Below, in pieces: positions 39,771-52,901 of a DNA stretch of 64,000 nt (position 1 is its first letter; each line of letters opens with the position of its first letter). Below the pieces are notes generated by a model. It ran no database searches, had not been told where the DNA came from, and worked only from the letters and a program-made list of their open reading frames with translations. Origin of the DNA: Dipteris shenzhenensis (lineage: Eukaryota); the NCBI GenBank assembly GCA_047967505.1, contig CM106538.1; one strand, given 5' to 3'. Position numbers and translations under genes: made by a program.

Positions 39771-39789
39771 GTGCTATGATTTCTATCCA

Positions 39790-42700
39790 TAAAGTGATTT
39801 CTATCCATGATTTCTATCCAACTATGCTCCCTTTGTTTTATGCACCATCATAGGTTGAATTCTTCCAACGATTCAAAATTTTTTTTCCAGAGATCATGAA
39901 TCAACAATGCTTGTTTGAGTGCTTGAAGCCCTATTTCATTTGAAAGATCAAGGACAAGTACTGTTGAGAGACTGCGCTCAACATCATGTGATTACATGTG
40001 CATAGCATTAACACATATAGAGTGTTATAAAGGAAAGTGTTAGATGTCCTAACCCTAACCCTAATCCTAAATGGGTTTGTATATATTCTACATTTACAAC
40101 TAAATCTAGTGTACAGTTAGTCATTTGTGGTGTGCTCTCTAGGTGTGCCCTCTCTCCTCATCTCCATTCTTCTCCTCTCCCCTCTTCATATTTTATCATA
40201 GCTCCTATGATAGTAGACTCAAAGGAAGCTCCTATTGCAACAATAGCAACTCCTGGCTCACAACAGAAGCTCCTACGACTTGCATGAGACACCCACGACT
40301 CCAAGGTTGCTAGTTTGCTCCTTTACAATAACTTGCATGAGAAACCCACGACTCCAAGGCTGCTAGCTCCAATAAGGCGTGCAAGCAGCTTCATCAACGA
40401 ACGTGTTCCAGGCAAGGTTTCTTCATGCAAATGACCCAAACGAAACTCACACTACTACCACAGCTTCAACGAGCCATCACACTCAACCACCATCTCTGCA
40501 AGTCGAGACTAGCCTCTACAATGGAACTCACCGCTCCTTCTTTGCACCACAGACCATCCATCGATGCCCGTCCCTGCCAACCTTTAATCCAAGAGCTTCT
40601 AGAGTATCATGACACGGGCTTCTAAGGCTCTCAGCCAGTATTGACACCTCCTACAAAATCCCTTTGGATGCTCAGCCGCTCTGTTAGTGACTCCTATTAA
40701 CACCACGAAGACCTGTGCCTCACCAGCAAAGCATGCTCCAACCACCTCCAACAGTATCTGACTGCATCTCTGGTTGCTAGCGATGGTAGCACCAGCCAAC
40801 TAAGCGACGACCAGCACAACAAACGGCTACCTCCATAGCCAATGCTTAGCCATCGTCGCCACAATGACCAGCCTCATCATCAACAGGGATCATCAATATG
40901 GGCTCGAAGCTTCCAACATAGCTCATCATAGCCTTTGCAGGCGACTCTAAGCACCACGATGCTCCATGATGAATAACGCTCATCGACGGCCCTCAAGCAT
41001 CTGTTGGCCACTCTCCTATGCTCACAACAAGCAAGTGACATAATATTTTTTTTAGATTTTGATGACACGTGGCACCACAGATTTATGATGTGTGGCTGGT
41101 ATCTGTCACCTTATCCTAAGGTCCTCACCACTCAACCAAGGCTGGGTCAAAAAGATGCCATGTGGTATCTTTTCCTTATCTGCCATGTCAGCACTCGACA
41201 TCTAACTGCCACATCAGCATTTGACCATGTCATCATCCACATCATCACCCTGGGTCCAAGCCACATCAGCATTGACTAGTCAAAGTTCCATGTCATCTAT
41301 TGACCAATCAAAGTGCCACATCATTTGTTGACCAGTCAAACTATCACCTCATCATTACCACGTGGCAATCTCCTGTCAGGCACTCTGACCCAGTGAAGAA
41401 AGAAAAGCATACAAGTTGTATGATCCCATCAACCGAAAGGTCATTATCTCTAGAGATATAATCTTTGATGAGGAATCAGAATGAAAAACCTCAAATACAC
41501 AGGAGATAGATGCACCGATTACTCAGTCATCTATAGAAAAAGTTGATGAAGAAGAGCAAGAATTGCCAGAAGCACCCCGAGAAGTGCCATAGCAACTCAG
41601 ACAGTATACGAGGAAAGCAGACCACTAACTAGATTGACATATGCTCAAAAAGGCAAAGCAATTCAATTTGAAACCACTAACTATGCTCTTATGACTACCA
41701 TCATGGCTATAGAAGAGCCAGTGTACTTTGAAGATGCAGTAGACAAGCCAGAATGGCAAACTGCTATGAATGAAGAAATGGATGCTTTGTACAAGAATAA
41801 TACTTGGGAATTATGTGACCTTCCATCAGGAAAGGCCATAGCAAACAAATGGGTATACAAAGTGAAGTACAAACTAGATGGAAGCATTAAAAGATACAAA
41901 GTGAGAGTAGTTGCCAAAGGTTGCTTTGTAAAAGAATAATACTTGAATGAAGAAATGGATGCTTTGTACAAAAATAATACTTGGGAATTATGCGACCTTC
42001 CACCAAGAAAGAAGGCCACAGCAAACAAATGGGTATACAAAGTGAAGTACAAACCAGATGGAAGCATCAAAAGATACAAATCCAGATAGTTGTTGTTGCA
42101 AAAGGATTTCATAGCAATATGGTCAGGATTATGATGAGACTTATACTCCAATATAGCAAAGATGGATTACATACAGTTCTTGATATCACTAGCGACACTC
42201 AGCAGATGGAATGTGTACCATCTCGATGTCAAGAATGCACTTCTCAATGGTCATCTAGACGAGGAAGTCTACATGCAACAACCAGCTAGTTATGTTGAAC
42301 CAGGAAAAGGGAATCAGGTTTGCCATCTCAACAAAAGTCTCTATGGCTTAAAGTAAGCACCCAGAAGTTGGTACAATAGAATCAACAAGTATTTTGCTGA
42401 TCTGGGATACATGAAATCCAATACAGATCATACTCTCTACTACAAAGTTCAAGGGAAAGACATAACTATTGCACTTGTAAGTAGATGATCTGATTATGAC
42501 CGGAAGCAAGGATAGCTTCATAAAAAATATAAAACAAGACTTATCTGTAGAGTTCGACATGAAAGATCTTGGACTTATGCACTATTGTCTTGGAATTGAG
42601 TTCTAGAGAGATTCAGACAACACCTTTATGAGTCAGCTAAAAAATATTTCCAGTCTCCTGAAGAAGTTTCATATGGCAGATTGCAAGATTGCAGCCACTC

Positions 42701-45417
42701 CCATGGAACTTACTAAAGATTTAGAAAATCCTATATTCAATGACAGGTACCATAGGAATCTCATCGGATCTCTTATATATCTGACTATCACACGACCATA
42801 TATTTGTTATGAAGTAAGTTCACTGGCACAGTTTATGGCAAATCCAAAACAGTCTCACTGGAATGCAGCCAAAAGAGTCTTGAGATACATCAGAGATACA
42901 AGACAGTTTGGGATAGAATATAGAGAAAGTCATCCATGGTTGCATGGATATTATGACAGTGAATATGCTAGAGATCATGAGACCAAGAGATCCACAAGGG
43001 GATATGCATTTTTCATTGGTCAAGTTGCTATATCATGGTTGTCAAACAAACAGGCAACTGTTTCTTTGTCTTTAACTAAAGCAAAACATAGAGCACTCAC
43101 TATAGGTGCATGTGAGGGTATATGGCTCAGAAGACTATTGTCAAAAATAGATTACTTTGATGAATTAAAGCCAACAACAATATACTGTGATAATCAATCA
43201 GCTCAAGCATTGGCCAAAAATCCAATATATCACCCCAAGACAACCACATTGATGTCAGAGAGCACTTCATTAGAGAAAGAGTGTTACTTGGTGACATCAC
43301 ACTGTAGCATTGTGATAGCAAATAGCATGTAGCAGACATCTTTACCAAACCACTTGGTAAATAGATTTTTGAGAAACACCGACAAGCTCTTGGTTTGACG
43401 CAGAGGAAAGGGGTGTGATGGAATGTAGTTCTTAGCCTTTCTTCGATTCCCCAGAATCATCATCTTGAGGAAAGGCCTACATCATGATGTTGATCTTGAG
43501 GGAAGGTGTTGAGAGACCATGCTCAACATCATGTGATTACATGTGCATAGCATTAACACATATAGAGTGCTATAAAGGAAAGGGTTAGAAGCCCTAACCC
43601 TAACCCTAAATGGGTTTGTATATATTCTACATTTTCAACTAAATCTAGTATATAGTTAGGCATTTATGGTTTGCTCTCTAGTTGTGCCCTCTCTCCTCAT
43701 CTCCACTCTTCTCCTCTCCCCTCTTCATATTTTGTCAGGCACACATGCTGCTACATTTATCATGTGCAAATGTGTTTTTTGAAGGATGTAGTCAACCAGG
43801 TGAGGACCTAGAGTTTTGGGATTCATGGAGCATGCTAAACCTCTCGAAGCCTACTACCACCATCATGGGTGTCCTTTGGGTGACTGCAAAAAATGTGGCC
43901 CACACAAAATGTCATGCTGCCCATGTGAGATGAATTTTGTTTCCAAAAAGGTGATGGTGAAGGTCTTCCAGAATGTGGAGACAGGAACCATGGTGCAGGG
44001 GAAAAAGAAGCAAAGGAAATTCTATGTTGGCAAGGAGATGTATTGCAATTAACTTATATGATTAATGAAGGCTCACCTCAAAATATTCATCAAGCATAAT
44101 TACACTTGCAGATGGTAGGCTGAACAATTCAAAGAGAGTCTACTGAGGTTTCTTGAAGATGTGGTGGTTTCAGTGGTGGACATCGAAGGGAAGTATTCTT
44201 TCAAGGAGCAAAAGAACTATTCTTTTAAGGAGCAAAATGAGATTCAATCCATGCACTTGAACTCTAGCCAGGTTACAATTTTTGTCCACATAACATATGT
44301 CCATATTGGATCTCAGGTGAAGAAGACATTTCTTTTTTTCATTTTTGATGACAAGGTGCACGACACCCTCTTTATCCACCAGCATTGTTTTATGTTGCAT
44401 CATAGGTGGTTGTCACATCAAGGTTTTGGAGCTGACTAGGCATTGGGTTTGGTCAGATGGAGCAACCTCTAAATTCAAGGCTAGAAGACCTTTCTATTTC
44501 ATTTCTAGATTTGAACAGCTGGTGGGTTTGAAGATGACATGGAATTTCTTTGGATCTAGACATGGAAAGGGAGAGCACAATGGGACTGGGGCTATTGTGA
44601 AGAGAGCACTCACACATGAACAAGTACAGCCAAATGGAGCCACCTTAAAAAATGCGAGATGTCGTGGATTTTTTTAGGACCAACTTGTCTCAAGGGCTTA
44701 AGCCAACTATGCATCTAAGGAGAGGAATGTAGCACAATTGTTTTGGGAGGTTAAGGAAGGAGATATTGATTTATCTATACATTGAGACTATCAACCTGTG
44801 CCAGACACAATCCATTCATTGTATACGAGGAGCTGTGCAAGGGGTTGTTAGTCAAATAGCAATGAAAAGGTTGTCCTACTACTGCAATGCTTGTATTCAA
44901 GAGTCTTGGGGACATTTCACCAGTAAGAAGCATGTGCCCAGTTGGGAATATCACATCATTGTTCCTAACGATGCAAATGTTTTGGATACTAATGAGGAGC
45001 TCATTGAGGAGCCTTTTTTCGAAGGGCATCATAAAATGCTTAGCGATGCTCTTTCCGTGGGGGACAACTTCGTAGTGAATGCAGAGGTAGACAATGCAGA
45101 GGGTGTTGACTTCCACATCTTGAAGTGTACCAAAGCTAAGGAGAAGAGCCAAAAGGCTATGAAGGATTCTTGAGGCAACATAATTGTTGCAAGCTCCTTT
45201 GTTGTTGTGAAGGGTCTCTTTTATGGTCATCAAGGTGACCGCCGCTATAAGATTCTTGATCCATAATCCTAAGGTCATATTATATTCCCATCTTGTAAGG
45301 TCAATCAAGTTTCCATCGGAAGCGATTGGGGGAGAGAGAAACTTGTACTTGCTATCACTTGAAGAGTACGAGGCTATCTACAATAGCATGCCTTATGATC
45401 TCTATACCACATTCTAA
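39790..45417 (+). mobile_element. Second Sola2-like DDD transposase pseudogene, split by Copia C
   Basis: LKPYFI.KIKD|RHTCCYIYH across the Copia insertion; NYSFKEQNEIQSMH; DDKVHDTLFI; HWVWSDGATSKFK; FFGSRHGKGEHNGTGAIVKR; GDNFVV; YSHLVRSIKF. Confidence 0.72.
39962..43737 (+). mobile_element. Ty1/Copia copy C with both LTRs, internally deleted
   Basis: LTRs at 39962-40198 and 43507-43737. Degenerate 5-bp TSD agtac/ggcac. Integrase tail KAYKLYDP, RT and RNaseH from ~41390. No gag, protease or integrase core. Internal ~170-bp duplication at 41766-42090. Confidence 0.92.
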
Positions 45418-45899
45418 TTAATTTATTTCCCATTCTTGCTTTCATTTTCTATGATTGTTTATTTGCTTGCCATTTTCTATGATTGTTTACTTGTCGTCTC
45501 TCAAAAAAGAAGCCAAGTATGATTGGTTGTACTAAATATGTGAGAAACCATTGTGTATACATCAGTCAAGTAATGGTCATGATCCAATAATACTTCATGA
45601 TCCAACCATAGGGCACATGATCCAAGTTATTGATAATATTTGCAAGCAGTCATAAAGCACTATAGCTAGGCAAGACATGATGCAAGTCACAAAGAATAAT
45701 TACATGGTCTAGTATTATATTCATGATCCAGCACTAAACAATTGTACATGATCCAGTATCCAAAAATTATACCTCATGAAACGACAAGGTACATGCTCAA
45801 TGTTACAAGTAGTATTTGCAGTCCTTGAGCAATTTCACAGATAACATCTTGTAAACTATGTCCTCCACCTTGGTCTGATAAACATGTCACGTGCCCCAG

Positions 45900-48800
45900 A
45901 AGCAATCAGCCCCACAATTGGGACTGTCACCCATTCAGGCTACACAACATACTTTTCTGCAAACTAGTAGGCTATCTGTATCTTCCCAAGCACCAAAGTA
46001 GTCTTTAGATGTAAATTGTTGGCGATCCCATGAGTTCAACCATTGCAATAACTAGGGTCCTACATGCTTAACCAGAAAATTATGCTGCCAATGCACATGC
46101 ACGTAGTCTACAAAATGTCCCTTCTGGTTTAAGGCTAACCCTAAACTCTTTGACCTTAAAAGTGTCCAAGAAGGTATAAAAGCAATCTGGCTGATGGTCT
46201 TACCTCACCCAATGAGTCCTGGTGTACAGCTGTTGAACAAACCCAAAGGTTACTCAGAAAAGCAAGAAAAGACAGAGCAAAAATAAGGGCCAAGAGAATG
46301 GACATTATTCAAGACAAGATAGTCTCTTTGGAAAGCTAAGCCAAATAGGGGGACTTACATGCCCAGGATGATTTGGTTGGGAAAAGGAATGAACTCAGGA
46401 TACAAGAACAGATTCTACTTAATGATATTAAAATATACTTCAGAGATTGGTGGGCTGGCAAAGCTGAGAGTCCTACCAAGGAGTACTTCAAGCTTATTAG
46501 AAGAAAAAGATCTAATGAAGAGACTCCCCTCCTTAGAAAAGCTGACAACTCTCTTGCCTCCTCTCTTGAGGAGAATATTGATCTCATTCATCTCCACTTT
46601 TAGAACTTGTTATCCTCCACTATACAAGTTGATGCTGATGTGTGTAATGCTAGGGAACTCTGTAAGCTTGTTAGAAAGAACATTGTACTCAGCTTTGATA
46701 ACAAATTCCTTGGAAAACCTCTTTCTGTTGATGAACTTTATGAGCCTTTAGTTAATGACAGATGGTAAAACACTAGGACAAGATAGGCTACCTATTGAAT
46801 TCTACAAAATATGTTGGTCCACTATTGGCCCTATATGGCAAGAGAGTGTTAGCTGTGGGAATCTGCCTACTCATATTAATGGGGGAGTTATCAAACTAAT
46901 TCCTAAGGAGAGGGATAAGGAGGAGATAAGAAATTGGAGGCCACTCACCATGCTTAATTGCAATTACAAATTTTTTGCCAAAACCCTTGCTTTGAGAGTT
47001 AAAAATAGAATGGCTAAGTGGATACTACTAGAACAGAAGGGATTCATAAAGGGCAAACTTTTATTGGAAGCCATCATTAATATTTGGGAGGGCTGTGGTG
47101 AATACGCTAGGGAATCAAATCAGGATATCTACATTCTGAAGGTTGATTTTGATAAAACATATGATAGATTGGAGTGGGACTTCATCATTCAGATGCTTTC
47201 TAATATGGTTCTTGGCCCTTACTCATCTCCTATATCAAACTTCTTCTCACCAATGCCTCAGCTAAGGTCTGTGTCAATGGTATCATGAGTCAACCCTTTT
47301 TTCTTTAAAGATCTATAAGATAGGGTTGTCCTATTGCTCCCTTACTCTTTGCAATTGCTGCAGACTCTCTAGGTTGTCTTCTTCATTGTCAAAGCCAAGA
47401 TAGAAATGTAAAAGGAATTGAGTTACCTTCTAGCAAACACCTTATATGCCAATAGTTTGCTGATGACACATATTTAACCCCCCTCAGGAATAAGGCACAG
47501 AATATAAAAAAAGCTATGGAGTACTTAGATATTTTTTGTAAAGCTTCTGGATCTAGAATCAATCATTCCAAAACTAGGTATGCAACTCTCAAAGGTGATG
47601 AGCAGGTTGTATTGGAGGAAATGGGTTGCCAGAGAATCAAACATGGTACTGTGTTCAAATTATTGGGTATCCCTATGGGCTTTGACATCTCCCTCAAGAA
47701 GAGATGGGACTGGTTTTTGATCAAGTTTCAAAACAAGATTGAGAAATGGAGAGGTTTCCAAGCCAGTCTAGCTGGGAGTACAATGGTTCTCAACCATTGC
47801 ATCTACCCAATTGTGATTTTCTACCTCACCTCTTGGTACCCTTCTAGAACAACACTTGACAGGTTCATCAGATTTTGCAGGTCCTTCCTTTGGGGGGGCA
47901 AGATAGCCAAGGTCAGATGGGATTTTTGTATCAAACCCAAGTAGGAAGGAGGCCTAGGGGTGGTTGATATAGAACAGGCTTCTTTTAAGTTATCCTCAAC
48001 TTGGATAATTAAAGTAATTTTCCATCCTCAAAAGGATTGGGCTCAACTCCTACTTAGGAATGTAAGCTCTTTAAGACCTCTGAGAGCTCCCAAGTGGAAA
48101 AACTATCCCATGTTTTCAGCCATTTGTAATCTTGAACCTTGCAAAGCTAAAGGCAATCAGTTTTGGCAATCTCTATGGACAACCTTTGAAGGAAATAAAA
48201 GCCAAATTGTCTTCTCTGGCAAAGGGGCATTTATGTCATTAGATTCAATCTAGGTCTTTGTTATATTTAAGGAGGCTTTTCTCTCTGATGAAGAGTTTTA
48301 TATGGCTTCTAAGCTCTTCAAGAAAGGATTGTAGTGTTGGGGTCAGCTATGGAGCAGAGTTGAGTTCATATGGAAAACTTGGATTGAGATTAGGAGGGAG
48401 TTTAGATTAAATAATCAGAACCAGATTTTGATCATGAACAGAATTCACCTTTGGGAGAGTAGTCAGAAATGGAAAGGTGGAACTTTTTTGGTCTATAGTA
48501 GAGAGTTCAGTTGGGTTGAGAGTACTTCCTTCTTCCCTATTCCTACCCCAGCTAGGGATATAGAGGATCTTTTCATTGTCTTTAATACTAGATGGAAATT
48601 GTAGGATTGTAGGGGCAAATGGAAATTCAGATTCTGTTGCATTTGGTCAAGCTCAATCCTTGATAAAATGTCTGCCCTACTTTGTTTGATAATGCACAAA
48701 GCTATTTGGACCAACAGCAGAGGACTGAGAATTGGAAAGGGAAATGGCAAGTGCATGAGATGTCCTCTTTAGAGGAAGATGTCTTTCACCTCTTTGTTGC

Positions 48801-49945
48801 CTACCCTACTACTAGAAAGGTTTGAAAAATAGTACAATATGAAACAAGAGAGCCCCATTAATTGGAAAGCTATTCTGTTAGAGGACTCTTCAAAGACAAA
48901 GAAAGAGATATGAGCACCCATCAAAGCACATGCACTATGGTTGATTTGGATAGCCAAAAACAATTTTTCAGTTTAACTAACTTGATTTGCATGCTGATAT
49001 ACTTTTTCTCAATTGGATGCACAGGACTTAAGGAAAATTGCAGAGCAAAATAATTTAGTTCAGATTTGATGCTACCCTGTTTAATGTTGATCTTCAAGAC
49101 CATGTACAAAGATGCTTTGGGATAGACAACACTACCCCCTTTGAAATCCCTGCTTAATTTACTTGTTTTATTAAGAAAATCCAACCTCCAACCATGAAGA
49201 AGAAATCAGTTTCACCCAGTCATGCTGCTTACTCTGATGACTCTGATAATACTGGTGCCTCATCTGATATGGATTTTAGATACTCTGACTACTTTACTGA
49301 TGATGCTATAGATGATACAGAGGAACCCTCCTTTTAAATATGCTGCTATGATAAACTTAGAAGTTTCCAAGTTCTTGAGTTTCTGTCAGAAATTTTTTAT
49401 TGATGTAACTTCTCCCCATGGGGGATGGCTTTTCTACTCTAAATACTATGTATTGACCATATCTTTGTGGATATAATACATTACAAACTTTTTTCTTCCC
49501 AAAAAAAAAAAAGTCCCTTTTGGATTTCTAGTACACTTGTAGAAGCTGTCATCTAGAAGCACGGTGCTCGACACATCATAGAAAGGATATTTCTCCTAGA
49601 AATACCACAGATGCTTGAAAAACATTGGTTTCCCATCAGAAATGGTAAAATGTGCCCTGTCACAATATTCCTGATCAAAAAATCATGAGATCAAATTCTC
49701 GAGGCTAGGAAAACACAACTTAAAGTGCCGCATCAAGTTGCATCTCCATTGGGAGCTCCATATATAAACATTGAACCATCGAGCAGCCCAACACAGAAAA
49801 GTATCTGCGTCCTCTGGCCCTCCGTGGAAGTCTCATATTTGCCATGCATGACGATGCCATTGGGGCAAGAATAGCTTCTTTTCATGGTTGTGATGATAAA
49901 TAAGCACACCATTCATGTCTATCACAAGTGAATGTTGTTCTGTAT
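45900..49945 (-). pseudogene. FCP1/NIF-type (HAD) phosphatase-like pseudogene, interrupted by a LINE
   Basis: Manual minus-strand translation of 49945-49513: SLVIDMNGVLI...RPEDADTFLCWAARWFNVYIWSS...FFDQEYC...GKPMFFKHL...STVLLDDSFYKCTRNP. This is the NIF/FCP1-homology motif order. It resumes left of the LINE TSD; the left end is approximate. Confidence 0.75.
46128..49512 (+). mobile_element. L1/Tx1-type LINE, 5'-truncated, with poly(A) and TSD
   Basis: IKLIPK, NWRPLTMLNCNYK, QKGFIKG, KVDFDKTYDRLEW, GCPIAPLLF, FADDT, zf-RVT. A12 at 49501-49512. TSD gtcccttctgg (46117-46127) / gtcccttttgg (49513-49523). Confidence 0.93.
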
Positions 49946-51299
49946 TCCTTTGGGATCATGTAATAGTCAGGTCCTAGGGGATACAACAAAATCCTACTTT
50001 CTAAGTTCATGAGGGGTACAATGAATGATCCCTAGCTTTGCAATATATCTTTTTAGTGCTCTCCTATGGTGACCCTGGATGTGAACCACATGCTATCCTT
50101 GCACTCATCTTAGGCCGAGGTTTGAAAGGACCTTTTGTATACACAACCAATGCAAATTTTTTATCACCTATACAAACCACAACATGATCGAGCTTCATCA
50201 AGGCGCCTCTCTCCATCTCTCACTCTCTCATTAAGTTAACACATGTTTATGCACGGGTGTCAATATCTACAAATCCCAATTTTTGAACTGTAATTTTAAT
50301 AAGATACAATTCCCTACCCAGCTTTTAAGTTCTTCGAGGGGAGTGATGAGGTAAGCAATCACAAACCTCAAATATAAGATAGTATAAGTTTAATGTATGA
50401 TAATCAAATTATTTTAAGGTTTATGATCTCTGTTCAGATGGAGAGCATGTGTAATAACTGGAAGACATTTAGACTACAATACCAATAAGAGACATCACAA
50501 TACCAATGACTTGATTAAGCTGGCATTTCATTACATGGGGTAAACCCAGGATCCAATCTAAAAATTACAATCTCTTGTAGGCCCATGGGCAGTGCATACT
50601 TGCTTTTAGGTTAGCTACAAGACTTGCATCCTTCTCATTAGGAACCTTCTTAGCATTACTTGGTGTTTTAGTCCTTTTTGCCCTGCTAGTATGCATCTGT
50701 GCAGTTGATGGACTCTGGCCTCGGCTACATTGTTCTACGTGGTCTTGCGCTTTGTTATTACCTTTATCCATTGTCCCATAGTCAACCCATTCGGACTGGT
50801 CTCCTAGTTGGGAGCAGCATCTCCTATAGTTGTGGCTGATTCTATGAGATCATCCAAACTTGCCCGTATAGGTACATCACCCATCTGTGTGTTTGTTCCA
50901 TCTAAGTCAACCACTTTTTAAGGACTCTGCACAAACCTTGGACTGCCTGACAAAGGTGTTATCTCATCATCAATAAACGTACAATCATGTTCTCTTCCAA
51001 CCTTTTCTGATGACCTCTGCTGTTCATTATCAAAAACAACTTTTAAAAAAGGAGAATGGGGCTCCAGGCCCTAGGCTGAGGCTAGGAATCTTCTCATGGG
51101 CTATGCTTCCCAAGAAAGGTGCAAGTTCATAGTAAATGCATGTGAACATCCAAGTACTCCAGGCTTGTCTAATGATCTTGCCTGTGAATTATCAACAAAG
51201 ACTGCATCCCAAAAATGCCAAATTTCAAACGGAGATTTTATTCCAGTGGAAAAATGCATCCAAACTAATGCAAAAACACATTTAGTAATCATGTAGCGA

Positions 51300-52220
51300 T
51301 GCACAGACAATGCAAAAACAAATCACTACCAATAAATATACAAAGCGCTCCCTAAAAACCATCACAAAGCATATGATGCACTTTCATAGCGCATGCAAAG
51401 CATATTCAAAGAAGTCCAAAAGTAGAAGGAAAGCAAACGAAAATCTAAACCCAGTGCTTAAGCATTGCCAAACTAGTCACAAAAGCACTGAACAAAATCA
51501 AGCACTCAGAAAGCACTGCCAAAGCACTACCAAACCACGCACAAGTGGTGCAAAAGCACTCACAAAAGCAAGCAGTGCCAAAGCATATTGAAAGCAATAA
51601 CTATTTACACGAAAAGCAGTTTTCAAAGAGAAAGTAGTGGTAAAGCAATCATCACTGCTAAGCATTGACAAGCACACATGTGTGCTTTTCAATGCTTAGC
51701 AGTGACCAAAGACTTAAAAATCAGTGCCAAAGCACTACCAAACCACTCACAAGCAGTGCTAAAGCACTGCAAAAGCACTCACAAAAGCAAGCAGTGCCAA
51801 AGCAATCTAAAAGTGATGACTGTTTATAGGAAAGTAATTTTAAAAGAGAAAGCAGTGGTAAAGCAGTCACAAAGCACTACTAAGCCATTGACATGCACAC
51901 ATACAAAGCAGTGCTAATGCAGTGAGACCCACAAATCATATAGACTACTTTGCATATTCCATGTAAAGAAATCTAAAAATGCAAAGCAGTGACCAAGCAG
52001 TTAGAAAGTAGTGCCAAAGCATTACCAAACCACTCACAAGTAGTGCAAAAGCACTCACAAAATCAAGTAGTCACAAAGTAGTGCCCAAGCATACTAAAAG
52101 CAATGACTGTTTACATGGAAAGAAGTTTTAAAAGAGAAAGTAGTGTTAAAGCAGTCACAAAGCACTACTAAGCATTAACAAGCACACGTACAAAGCAGTG
52201 CTAAAGCAATGAGACCCACA
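51300..52220 (-). repeat. AAAGCA-rich array related to the 37551-39770 array, in opposite orientation
   Basis: ttttaaaagagaaagcagtggtaaagcagtc (~51840) is approximately the reverse complement of gactgctttaccactgctttccttttaaa (~37731). Confidence 0.75.
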
Positions 52221-52234
52221 ATGCACATGTAGAG

Positions 52235-52901
52235 TGTAAGAAAACAATACAACGTCTGTGCTCAACAGATAATAGGATCTTGTACGCAAGAGAGAAAACC
52301 ACATAGTATGGAGAATCAAAAATTTGATTACTGTAGAACTGATACAATAGATGGCACTGCCTCCCAACGGTGTGCTCCTGTGAAAGAAGCTTCGATGGTG
52401 AGCTGGAAACAGTAGAGGACGGAGGTTGGATGCTAAGGAATCAGGGTTGCTGTAGCCAGTGATGAAATGGGCTTCATGGGCTTGCTCTTATATAGCCACT
52501 AGTCGTAGTCACAGTTAGGCTCAATTGGATGATTGACCGAGTCCACCCAAAACGATCGACTAGGGGTCGATCCCGAAATAGGCCACCGACCACACGATAG
52601 AACCGGTGCGCAAAATAGAGCAACTCACCTACGGTGTCCATTTGGCCCACAGCCATCCGGGATCATTGGGGACTCCAAACGAGCCCCGCAACCCGAGAGT
52701 GGGCTGCCTCAAGAATTGCTCCGTCTACCCTCAATGCGGTCAGTCATGGGATGCCTTCCCGCACTTGCATGTAGCCTAGTTGGCAGTGTGCCAACTCCGT
52801 CCACCCATCAAGCCACACATGGCCCCCATCTGGTGTCCAAACCAGGACCTACCAGATAACCGAGCTACCCAAATGCCTTATCCTCATATGGGGGGCTTAC
52901 A
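52235..52901 (-). mobile_element. Probable solo LTR of another family
   Basis: Perfect terminal inverted hexamers tgtaag...cttaca, 667 bp, GC-richer than the flanks, TATA-like tatataag on the minus strand. gtagag occurs on both flanks but offset by one base, so the TSD is imperfect. Confidence 0.5.

Noticed and set aside
37795-39808. Short ORFs in the satellite (also 51310-51917)
   Set aside because: They are by-products of the repeat periodicity.
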